Positions 12,371 to 21,976 of a stretch of 64,000 bases of DNA are shown piece after piece; position 1 is the first letter of the stretch; each line of letters opens with the position of its first letter. The stretch spans positions 124,001 through 188,000 of the forward strand of contig JAPMXV010000019.1 of NCBI GenBank assembly GCA_026936335.1, written 5' to 3'. The DNA comes from Mantamonas sphyraenae STR306 (Eukaryota > Protista > CRuMs). Under the pieces are notes generated by a model. The model saw only the letters and a program-made list of their open reading frames with translations, did no database searches and was not told where the DNA came from. The translations under genes were made by a program, and so were the position numbers.

Positions 12371-13469
12371 ATCCTCCTTCTCCTCCTCCCTTTTCCTCTC
12401 CCGCCTCTCCCTTTGGTTGCCCATGTGCCTCGATGGCCTCCTCCAGCGCACGGATCAGACTGCTCAACCCAAACCGATACCCGTCGTCAGGACCGACGTC
12501 ATTCTCGTCATAGTGGCTGTGTGCAAAGTCCACCATGAACACACATTCCTCCTCCTCCTCCTGCTTGCCCATTTCCTCGTGTTCCAGAAGCCGGCCTGCA
12601 TCGTACAGGAGCAGCACACTGGAGGAGTAGAAGCGAAAGTGGTGCAACTTTGTCACGATTTCATACAGTCTGCGCAGTTGCGCAACCATTGCACCGACAT
12701 GAGCACGCTTGCGGCTGGTGTCGAGATTCAGGAATCGAGCGAGCAGGTCCGGGAAGCCCTCGGGTTGCAACTCGCGCCCAAACAGCTTGTCTTGCTGTTC
12801 GTAGGCGTGTTCATCCACACGGAAGCACTTGTAGCCACACACACGCATGCCTGTGGTGTATGACGTGGTGCTCTTGCACTTGTCGATCTGGCGCCGGATC
12901 TTTTCCGCCGCTGTGTTCTTGCCGTGCTGTCTGCGCCCCAGTTTGATGTCCATCACGCAGGCGTATTGTTTGCCTGCGGTGAGGTCATCCATGACGAGCA
13001 TGGGGGCGGTAGCAAGCTCACGCGAGTGCGGGTGACCCTCCAGGTCTGCTTGCTCCGACGTGACGTCCACCACGGCATAGCACTCGGGCATGTATGCACT
13101 GAGGGCACCCAACAATGGCTTCTCCTGCGATTCCCGTTGCACAAACGCATACCATTGCACCTCCTGCGTCAGGATCGGCTTGAGCACAAAGTGAGGCGGA
13201 AGGCAACTCAACGGCCCGTGGCCAGCCACCTGCATTGTGTGTGCTTCCAACTTGTCATCCAACACACCCGCATGCACCTCATCCATGGCCTTTACAAACT
13301 CTGCCAACTCCATTTGTGCCACCGTCAGGCTCTCTGCCTCTGGAAACGCATCTCCCTCCTCCACCTCCAACTTGTCCCAATCGTCGTCGATGGGCTCCTG
13401 TAGCAACGCTGTGTCTCCTCCTGCGACGTGTACTGTGTCCTGACCCAGACCACTGGTGGTACTGCTCAT
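12324..13469 (-). CDS. Inositol polyphosphate kinase (IPK family: IP6K/IPMK-like)
   Basis: QVAGH, CVMDIKLG (PxxxDxKxG variant), STTS..GMRVCG, FYSSSVLLLYD and MVDFAH motifs. Confidence 0.9.
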   Translation of the reverse strand: MSSTTSGLGQDTVHVAGGDTALLQEPIDDDWDKLEVEEGDAFPEAESLTVAQMELAEFVKAMDEVHAGVLDDKLEAHTMQVAGHGPLSCLPPHFVLKPILTQEVQWYAFVQRESQEKPLLGALSAYMPECYAVVDVTSEQADLEGHPHSRELATAPMLVMDDLTAGKQYACVMDIKLGRRQHGKNTAAEKIRRQIDKCKSTTSYTTGMRVCGYKCFRVDEHAYEQQDKLFGRELQPEGFPDLLARFLNLDTSRKRAHVGAMVAQLRRLYEIVTKLHHFRFYSSSVLLLYDAGRLLEHEEMGKQEEEEECVFMVDFAHSHYDENDVGPDDGYRFGLSSLIRALEEAIEAHGQPKGEAGEEKGGGEGGFNQAQTVPGDDTDGR

Positions 13470-13583
13470 TTGCAAAGGGTGTGGGGGGGTGGGGGAATTG
13501 CTCTGGGAGTTGGAGGGCAACGACATCCATCCAACCATCCATCCATCCTGTCATCCTGTCATCCAGTCATCCCTTTGTGTTGG

Positions 13584-15049
13584 TTACTGCTGTGCACGAA
13601 GCAGCTTGCCGGCTGAAAAGCCAGCCATGAGGAGGCGAGCACCGGCAGTGTGTTGTTGTGCTGCGGTTGCAGCAGGTGTGTTGCAGGGCCACAGGTCGTC
13701 GTTGGGACATTGCGTCTTGTCAAATGCCTCCACCTTGAAGTTGATGGGCTCCAGCAATTCGTCGTAGCAACGTGGATACTCAGGGGACAGGGAGGAACGC
13801 AGGGAGCTGACGCGTCCGATGTGGTCCAAGACGTTGTACCGGAACGCCACATTGCGTCGATTGTCACCAAAGTACTCCCTGCTGGCCGGTGTCTCACGTG
13901 CATACCACTCGACCAGGATGTGATCGGGGGGACGTGCAAACTGCCTCTTCTCCAGGTAGTTGGCAATCACGTTGACGTGGTCTCGTGCGTTGCGCACAAT
14001 GATGCCCGTGAGACCAAACGATGTCCGGATGGCCGACCATTCACCGTGGTACGCCGTCGCCTTGCGCATCATGTAATTCAACGCATGCAACCCGTTGGCA
14101 CACAGCAGAAAGTCATCCTCGCTGAACAGGAAGTTCTCGGCCAACGGAGCACTCTTGCGCAGCATGTAAATCACATCCCTGATTGAATGAGAGGAGTTTG
14201 GGGTGAGGGGAGGAGGGGAGGGGAGGTGTATCGGAAGGATGATGGGCGTGAGTGGTGGGGATTGTGGCAGGTGTGTGTGTGAGTGAATCTCCCGTGTCAG
14301 GAACGCCACTCTCGCCGCCTTGGTACGGCCTTCACGCACCGTGTCTGCCTGCGCACGCGGTACCCGGGTTTGTTCTGGTTGCCCACGTCTGTGGTGGACT
14401 CTCCGGCAGGGTCTGGCACGCTGCCGTCGTTGCGGTCGAAGCGAAAGTGAGGGTTGTCGGCGTACTTGGCAGCCAGAGTGTCAAACACCGGGTGTTGCAG
14501 CTGCGGCTTGTTGTTGATGACCATCACCAGCACACGGCCGTAGAACAGGTCGCCCTTCTCCTTGGGCAGAGCCTTATCCCAGCTCTCCAGCGTCGGCGTC
14601 AGGTAGTCGATGGGTGTCCCACTGCCGTCCTTTCGGGGCACAGTTGGGATGCCCACCACCAGCCAGTAGCGAGTCGACGACGACGACGACGACGTGTCTG
14701 CACCTGTGCTTGCCGCCGGATGGGCGGCGTTGCTCTCTTTGTCCGGCACATTGCCCGCATTGGGCGGCAGGGTGGGACATGGTGTGGCCTGGGGCCTGGG
14801 AGGCGCGGCTTCGGGATGCTCGGCCGCAGCAGCCAGGAAATCCGCACGAAGGGCATCCACGTTGCGTTCGGCGGCTCTGAGTTTGTCCTGGAGCACTGCC
14901 ACCTTGCTTTGGTATGTCGTACGGATGCGTTCCAGCTCGGCCTCCTTTGTGGCCACCGTCCCGTTCACGCTCGCACTGCTCCACAGTGTGTATGCAGACA
15001 GTAACAGCAGGTAGCCTCCCACCACTAGCAATTGAGTCCGTGTCTTCAT
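13584..15049 (-). CDS. Type II membrane glycosyltransferase, GT54/MGAT4-PGAP4-like; 1 intron
   Basis: N-terminal TM helix and coiled stem, then LVVGIPTVPR...DYLTPTLES, QTR|D and an FSEDDF DxD-like motif. Confidence 0.7.
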
Positions 15050-15059
15050 GTGTCCCCTC

Positions 15060-15300
15060 CACTTTTGCAAAATAAAGTACAACCTGGCACGAACGACGAG
15101 ACAAAGAAGAGCTGCATGCCTCTGCGGGCAATGCCCCCCACATGCAATTGTATTTTGCAAATCACCTCGCGCCGCATACAGGCGCTAGTTTTCACAAGTA
15201 TTTCACCACAACAATCATCTACAACACCACTTGGACATTTTGACCCCCATGGCCTGCATCTTGTCCATCATGCATGGCCTTGCGGGCCGCCTCTTGTAGA
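15060..15300 (-). ncRNA. Candidate omegaRNA scaffold at the 3' end of the Fanzor-like ORF
   Basis: This is the position where Fanzor/TnpB omegaRNAs lie. Nested inverted repeats: TTTGCAAAATA (15064-15074)/TATTTTGCAAA (15151-15161), TGCATG/CATGCA, GGGC/GCCC and GCGCC/GGCGC. Confidence 0.3.
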
Positions 15301-18300
15301 TGCCCCCGATTGCTGCTCCAGACCCACGTGAATAGCCACAGCTCGACACCACACCGACGAGCTGCATGGCATTTGTTGGCGATGTTGATGGCAGCACTGC
15401 GGTCCTTGTGCGCCACCCACTCCTCTCCGTCTCGCAGCGTCTTGCTGGCCACGTCGTGCACATACCACCGATCGTTCCGTGACCCACTCTTGTCCACACT
15501 CCAAGCATGCTTTCGAACGGCTTTACAGTCGTACGCAGAGTGTTTGGATGTTTGGGGTTCGTGCGTCAGGGTGACTGTGGAGACACAGGCCAGTTGGGCG
15601 GCATCCGTACGCACAGGCACGCTTGCTACAACGGGCGCTGCTCCGTATCCGACATGAATTCGGTGGTTGCACTGTCGTTGGAGGTCAGCCATCACTGCTG
15701 CGCTTCCGTGTTTGATTAACCGCGCCATATGCTCTTGAATTGGCTTCAGTTCGTGCGCCAGCGTGTTCATCTCCTCGTTGATTTCCAAACGTTTTGCTGC
15801 GTTCGCAGCGTTGGAAAGCTGCTTGCCCAGCTTGCTGAGCTTGTTGGAGATCTCTGCATGACCCGATCGCCTCTGCTCGTAGCGAACATTTGTACCTTTG
15901 ATGTCGAATGTGAGTGCGTAGCTGATGCACAAAACGCCGTTCTTCTCGGACACCGTAACGCTGTCAAAGTACAAAACGAGGGCACCAATGTGCTGGTACA
16001 CGCCTGGATCATAGCCTGCACACAACCCATGAACACTGGATGCCCAGCGTGTCATCATTGTTGTGTCCGAGGACGACGACGACGACGACGATGATGCAGA
16101 CGACGACGATGATGCAGACGACGACGATGATGCTGACGACGGTGCCTCCACGTTCGCCACGCCGGTGCGCGGCCACCACGACGTCGACAGTGCAAGTTGT
16201 TTGCTCGCGGGTTTTCCTCGCATGGATTTCTCAATGTCGTCCCACGCTTCCTCCAGCTGCCCTTGCGTTTCTTTGTCCAGGTCACGTGCCTCCATTGCAT
16301 CCTTTAGCTTCTGCAAACAAGGGGGAGCATGGTCCTTGATAGTGCTCACCACACGGTCGATGAGTTGGGCCGCCTCACGATCCGCCAGCTGCGCATTCAA
16401 TGCCGTTGTGAGAATCTGGCTCCAATCGTTTCCAAATTCCCTCCACATGTTGTAGCCAATGGTGCAGAGCTTGTGAGAGCTGATTGTGTCCGTTCTGTTG
16501 TCAGCCCAGTGGACAAGGGAGTTGAAAAAGGGCACAGCTGCGTTCGTGTTGTCTCCAAGCCCAACCCGCCTTTTGCTCGTTGACGACTCGGGCAGAGTAT
16601 GCAAATCTTGGAAGCTCCACGCCTGTGGTTTGTATCGTGTCGATGCGACGCGGTCACCCTTGAAAATGAGATCATTGGCCAGTTGGGCGCGGAGGAACGG
16701 GTTTCTTCCACGGGGACCAACGGCAAGATCGCGAATCAGGTCGTGGTACACGAGCAACTCGTCCTGGCGCAATTTGTCGTCGCTCCGAAGACAGAGATTG
16801 TAGTCCACCAACGAAGCGGCATAGCACGCCAGTCGAATGTGCTCAGGAAGCTCCTGTAGCCCCGCGAGCATTTCCGCTTTCAGCTCCCAGAGCAGCTGGC
16901 GCTGCACTTTGTCGTCCGTAGCACTCATGACTGCATCCACGGCTTTTTTGAAATGTACGTACAGCAAAGAGGTTTCCTCGCGTTGAAGCAGAGCGACGTC
17001 GAGCCCACGCTGGGCAGACGCAATGGTGTGGGGGGCTGATGTTCGGCGCTGCGTTGGCAGAAATCGTCGCTGGCGGCCACCGGCCCTGCGTGCCAGCCAT
17101 GTGGCCATGGCGAAGCTGGACAGGTCGGCATGTTTGAGATTCACACCACGTGTGGCAAACACCACGTTTGCCAGCACCAGAGCCAGCAGACACAGACGTG
17201 CGCGTATCGTTTCGCGGGACGATGCATTCCCCATGATGGTGGTCTTTTCCGGCCACACCAGAGTGTCCACCGCTCTCCCTCGCTGGAGGCGCTGAAGGCC
17301 ACGGATGAAGTTTCCCCACTTGTTGGCAAATGTGATGATCTCCTGCGTCACGATTGGCCCCTTTGTCTCCTGCTCCTCCAGCCCTTCTTGCTCCTGCTCT
17401 TCCTGTTCCTCCTGCTCCTCCAGCTCTTTCTGTTCCTGCTCCTCTTGCTCCTCCAGCTCTTCTTGCTCCTGCTCTTCCTGTTCCTCCTGCTCCTCGTCAA
17501 CTGCGTCATCATCGTCCTCCATGTACTCCTCATCCTCATCCTCTTCTTCCTCGCATTGTGCGTCCACTGCAACCTCTTGCATCAACCGGCGCTTCCGTCC
17601 CTTGATCTTGATGTTTGTCAGTCTCGACAATAGGGCGTCTGCCTGTTTGTAGTTGCTTGCGAGTCCGGCTCGGATTGCGTACAGGCGGACAAACTCTCGC
17701 AACGCGAATTCGATTTTTGTCATCATCATGTCGAAATCATGCCGAAACCTCGCTGCACCCTCTGCCTCCCAAATACCGTCCACGCGTGCCCTGGGATACT
17801 CTTCTTGTCCACTTGACACGGTGTCTTTGAGCTGTAGCAGGGCATCGACGAGCTGTTCAAAGCTGGCACATCCCTGCACCGAGTTGAGCCGCGTGTCAAT
17901 GCGCTCGATGTCCTCGATCCGGCGCTGTTGATCGTCTTCATCCATCTCCTCCAGCGTTTGCACGGCCTCCAACTGCTCGTCCTTCGCCAGCACGGCAGGC
18001 AGTTCGCACTGGGTGGCCATCGCTTCCACCGCCGCGGTCCCCTTCCCCTTCCCCTCACTCTTCTCCTTCTCCTTCCCCTCCCCCTCTTCCGTCACATCTT
18101 CTTCCTTGCTTGAGGAGTTTGGAAGAATGCCGTCCAAGTGGAGAAGCAGCTCGTGCCGCTGCTTTTCGTACCCGCGTCGATCCGCCTCTTGCACTTCGGC
18201 CGCCATGCCTGCCAGCGGCTCGCTGCCGTGCTCCACCTGCCTCACCTGGCCTTTGCTTCGCGTAAACTTGACAGTCTTGTTTGTGAGGACGTCTGTGTGT

Positions 18301-20838
18301 GTCACAGTCGCGTTTGCGACACCCTTGACAATGCGTCCCAGCTTGTCGCTCAAGAAGTCCGGCCACGACTCGCTCAGCAGCGGCCGTTCTGCCTTTGGCT
18401 TCTTGGGTTTGTGCGGAACAATGCGCATCAGCTTCACTCCTGTGGGCAAGGAGAGCACCTTGCTGGCCTTCGGGGCAGACGCACGCAGCTGCTCGATCGT
18501 TGCCGAGTCGAGTTTGGTCGTCGACTGGCTGAACCTTTGCGTCAGTGCATTTGATTCCTCGAATTTGTCCAGTGCTGCCAAAAACTCGTTCCAGGTATCT
18601 TGTTCCACATACTCCGTGGCATCGGCCTCTGCCTTGGCGCTTGACACCAGGTCCTGTTCTGCTTGCACCAAACGGCGGATGACGCATGCCCACTCCTCCA
18701 GCTGAGCACCATTCAGTGCGTCCAACACGTGTTGGACACCCATTGCTTGCAAAAGTGACCCGCACTCGATGGAGTCCTGCTCGAGGAACAGATGGAGGGT
18801 ACGCCCATGAACCATCCTGCGGCGCACAAAAACGCAGGTACGGCTGACACCGACAGATGGTCGCTCTGTCGGCTGTGCTTCCACTGCTTCGTGCACCAGA
18901 GCAATCACATCCCGCACGCGTGTTCCATGCGGGAATCGGCGAAGCAGGTCGGCCATGACTCCAGCTGCCCTCGGTGGCATGGCACGCATCGCTTCCAGGA
19001 GACACTCTGTGCCCTGGATGGACACCTCGTCCTCGCCCTGGCCGTCCAGGGAGCACGGATCCAGTGTCGTGTGGGTGAGATGTTCGGTCAGACGCTCGTT
19101 GACACGGTCCAGGGCAGCCGAACTAAGCACGGAGCACATGGCTCGGACGGTCTCAGCGTGCAGCTGGTCTCTCTCTGGCTTGCGCAACCTGCTCAACCCT
19201 GCGGTTTTGGTCACAGTTTTGAGATTCAGCAGACCGCCAGCTCGCACCATGTCCACCGCCTTGTGCGTCTCGCCCACCAGCGACATCGACACATCCAGAG
19301 TCGTCGAGCCACAGAGGATTGCGCAGACAAGCCTTTCGGCATGGTCGTCTTGGATCAGTCTGATGGCATCGCCTTGTGCGTTGACCCAAATACCGGCCCG
19401 AAGCACAGTCCCATCGTTGGTTGGGCACCACAGCAAGGTTTCACCGTCACAAGCATCCCGGAGGCACCTTGACGTTGCGGCAGTATGCTCAACAACCTTC
19501 ACGCCTCTCTGCTCGCACCTCTGCTTGACTGCAGTGTGGACGTGAGACACCGAGATGTCAAACTTGTGCGCAAGTTCGGCTTCCAAAACCAGTTCCCTCC
19601 TGTTGAACTGGGCCAGAGTCGTGTCCACCGAAGCCACGGTGTTTCTCTGGAGATAGAGTGTGACCGTGTCCGGAGCCATGTTGAATCGACCTCGCAACTC
19701 ATCCAGCTCGTCGCAAAAGGAATCCACGGCCTTGTCCAGCACTGATGACGATGAGGAGGAGGAGGAGGGAAGAAGAAGAAGAGGAGGAGGAGGAAGAAGA
19801 AGAAGAAGAGGAGGAGGAGGAGGAGGAAGAAGAAGAAGAGGAGGAGGAGGAGGAGGAGCTGGATGTGCTTGAGGTGCAGAGTGGCGTTGACGACCCTGCA
19901 GGTGCCCTGTCCAGGGGGGAGCTGGGTTTCGCGGGAGCAGATGCAGCTGCCATGTGGCGTACGATCATGTCTTCCACGTGCAACACACACAATTGCATGC
20001 AATCGTGCGTTTCGCCCGCTGACACCTGAGGCTGATTTGCACAAACTGGATTCCGCTTCTTCCCGCCGAACCCGTCGCCCATTTCGCGTGTGCTCAGACT
20101 GTCCGCCATGTGGACGACGGGACGCGTGTTGGGATCCGTGCGTTGGGTCATGTTGAAACAGGAAGAGACGTAGCTGCCCGGGATAGGGTGCCTTGGAGAA
20201 ACGCATGTTTCCAACTCGAACTTGCGCTCCGTTTCAGCCGAGAGCGTCTCGGCCAGAGCCGTCAACTGGTCACCCGTGTAGAGGCCGGTTTCAGTAACCC
20301 AACCGCAGTCGCGACACAGGGCTCCGCTCTGTGCTGCGTCACAAACTGCGCGTTTCAAAGCAGACGTTGCATTTTCCGTGTTGTGCGCGACGTCGGACGC
20401 ACTGTAGGCCGCTTCCATGATGATTGGGGTGGTGGTGATGATGGTAGAGTGTCGCTTGAACATGTGCAGAGTCTTCTGGGGGACATCATACACCCCGACA
20501 CCAGCCACCAGCGACAGAAGCGCACAAACCAGCTGGAACTGCAGCGCGCCCTCTGTGTCCACCCTGTACCGGGTCAAGGTGCTAATTGCATACCGCATCA
20601 GCCTCAGAACCACACGGAAATGCTCCTCCGATGCAATGGGAACCCGACAGCGATGCGATTTGCCTGTTGTATGGCACAGGAAGTGGAAGGCGGAAGCGTG
20701 AATTTGCACTCTCGGCGGTGATTTTCCGTTTGCCCTGTACTCGTCGTGTATCCAGGCGGCGTCCATCTCAACATCCGAAAGGTTGCAATTGTACTTTTTG
20801 GACGCGTCGCGACGGTGGTCTCCACGCGTGAGGACCAT
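15219..20838 (-). CDS. Very large Fanzor/TnpB-like RuvC nuclease (~1870 aa if the 1-nt indel at ~19767-19769 is corrected; 1507-aa ORF downstream of the indel)
   Basis: C-terminal RuvC-I CAGYDPG (D at 16008-16010), then IHVGYG, RuvC-II THEPQTSK (E at 15558-15560) and RuvC-III HKDRSAAINI (D at 15402-15404). Order and spacing match Fanzor1. No introns are needed. Confidence 0.8.
17368..17555 (-). repeat. Acidic tandem repeat (EEQEEQEQEEL-type) inside the Fanzor-like ORF
   Basis: Imperfect repeats of ctcctgctcttcctgttcctcctg, translating to an E/Q-rich tract. Confidence 0.8.
19753..19858. repeat. (GAG)n/(GAA)n compound trinucleotide microsatellite encoding poly-Ser in the Fanzor-like ORF
   Basis: Directly visible; contains the out-of-phase GGG at 19767-19769. 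Confidence 0.9.
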
Positions 20839-21127
20839 ACCTGGCACAGTCGCACGTTGGTTCTGCTCGGGCTGCAAACCCGCTGCTCAATCAGACGGCG
20901 AGCTAATACACGCCGGTGCAGCAGGTGAATAGAGGGGTGTGCGGCCAAGTGCATTGGAATCAACGGGTAGCCGCAGGTTCAGGTGATGGGGACGCACTAC
21001 CAGGGGATCCCAGTCTCCACGCTGGTATTGTCTTTTCCATGCAATGGGTACGAACCCAGGCGCGAGTGTGCACGGTAGAGACGTACGTAGATGACATGGA
21101 CGATTCGTACGACACTGAGTTCATTTC

Positions 21128-21170
21128 CAGGAGGGGTTGCAGCGGGTTTCAACCGCTGCAATCCCTGCTG
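21128..21170. other. Long near-perfect hairpin upstream of the Fanzor-like ORF
   Basis: CAGGAGGGGTTGCAGCGG-GTTTCAA-CCGCTGCAATCCCTGCTG: 18-position stem with one mismatch and one G.T pair. Confidence 0.7.
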
Positions 21171-21438
21171 AGGGACTATAGATTGAGCAAGCACACCATG
21201 GAGCACCGACATGACAAGTACATGTGGCTGTTTCAATACTTTATTGCCCCTGTGCGTGTACCTGCAAAAGCGCGCTCAACTGCAACAAGCAAACAAGTGG
21301 AACCAAAGGCAGGGATTTTGTTGTGTCAAATGTCCGGTTTGAGGTCACATTCGTCACACACACACACGCACACACTGCTCTGCGGCCCACACACGAGCAC
21401 ATCACCCTTCTTCTGCTGCAACACACAATCTTGCTCGC

Positions 21439-21942
21439 TCAAGTCGAGGGCGACACCTGGACGACACGCAGCATGTTGATGCTGCCACTGACACCCTCGA
21501 GCAAGCCAGAGGCGACGACGACAATGTCGCCCTCGCGCACAAGACCGAGCTCGCGAGCCTTGTTGATGCCACGTTCAATGACAAACTCGGTGCCCTTCAT
21601 GCTCTTGGTCACATACGGGATGCAGGAGCGAGAGAGGAGCATCTGACGGGACGTGCCAATGCTCGGCGTGATGGCCATGATGGGGCACGAGGGACGGAAC
21701 TGCGAAATCAAGCGTGCGGTGTTGCCACTCTCCGTCAGCGCAATGATCAGGCTGGCCGCCAGATCAGAAGCCGTCTTGACACAGGACGAGCACACAGACT
21801 GGGGCACAGTCATTGGCAGTGATGCCTTGGCCAGCAGGTTGCGGTACAGGCGCGTGTAGTTGATGTTTGACTCGGCCTCCTTGCAGATCTTCACCATCGT
21901 GGCCACAGCCTCTACGGGGTAATCACCCTTGGCGGTTTCGCC

Positions 21943-21976
<34 letters not shown>

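Larger units (their letters stand above)
15060..21250 (-). mobile_element. Putative Fanzor-carrying (non-autonomous or domesticated) element; boundaries not resolved
   Basis: Fanzor-like ORF with inverted-repeat structures on both flanks (15064-15185 and 21128-21170) and an unusually long upstream spacer. No transposase, convincing TIR or TSD was found. Confidence 0.35.

Noticed and set aside
15082-20847. 9-bp direct repeat ACCTGGCAC (15082-15090 and 20839-20847) flanking the Fanzor ORF as a possible target-site duplication
   Set aside because: A 9-mer match between flanks of this size is likely by chance. It would put the ATG at the very element terminus, and both copies resemble a splice-acceptor context (GTGCCAG|GT).
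21128-21170. tRNA or T-arm-like sequence (GGGTTTCAACC)
   Set aside because: No cloverleaf, D-arm or anticodon arm can be built around it.
21128-21185. Helitron 3' end (hairpin plus CTRR)
   Set aside because: The hairpin is present, but no CTRR terminus occurs at the expected distance on either strand and there is no RepHel ORF.
15071-21245. AATAAAGTA / TACTTTATT as terminal inverted repeats
   Set aside because: Only 9 bp and does not extend. The second copy is plausibly the pyruvate kinase poly(A) signal.
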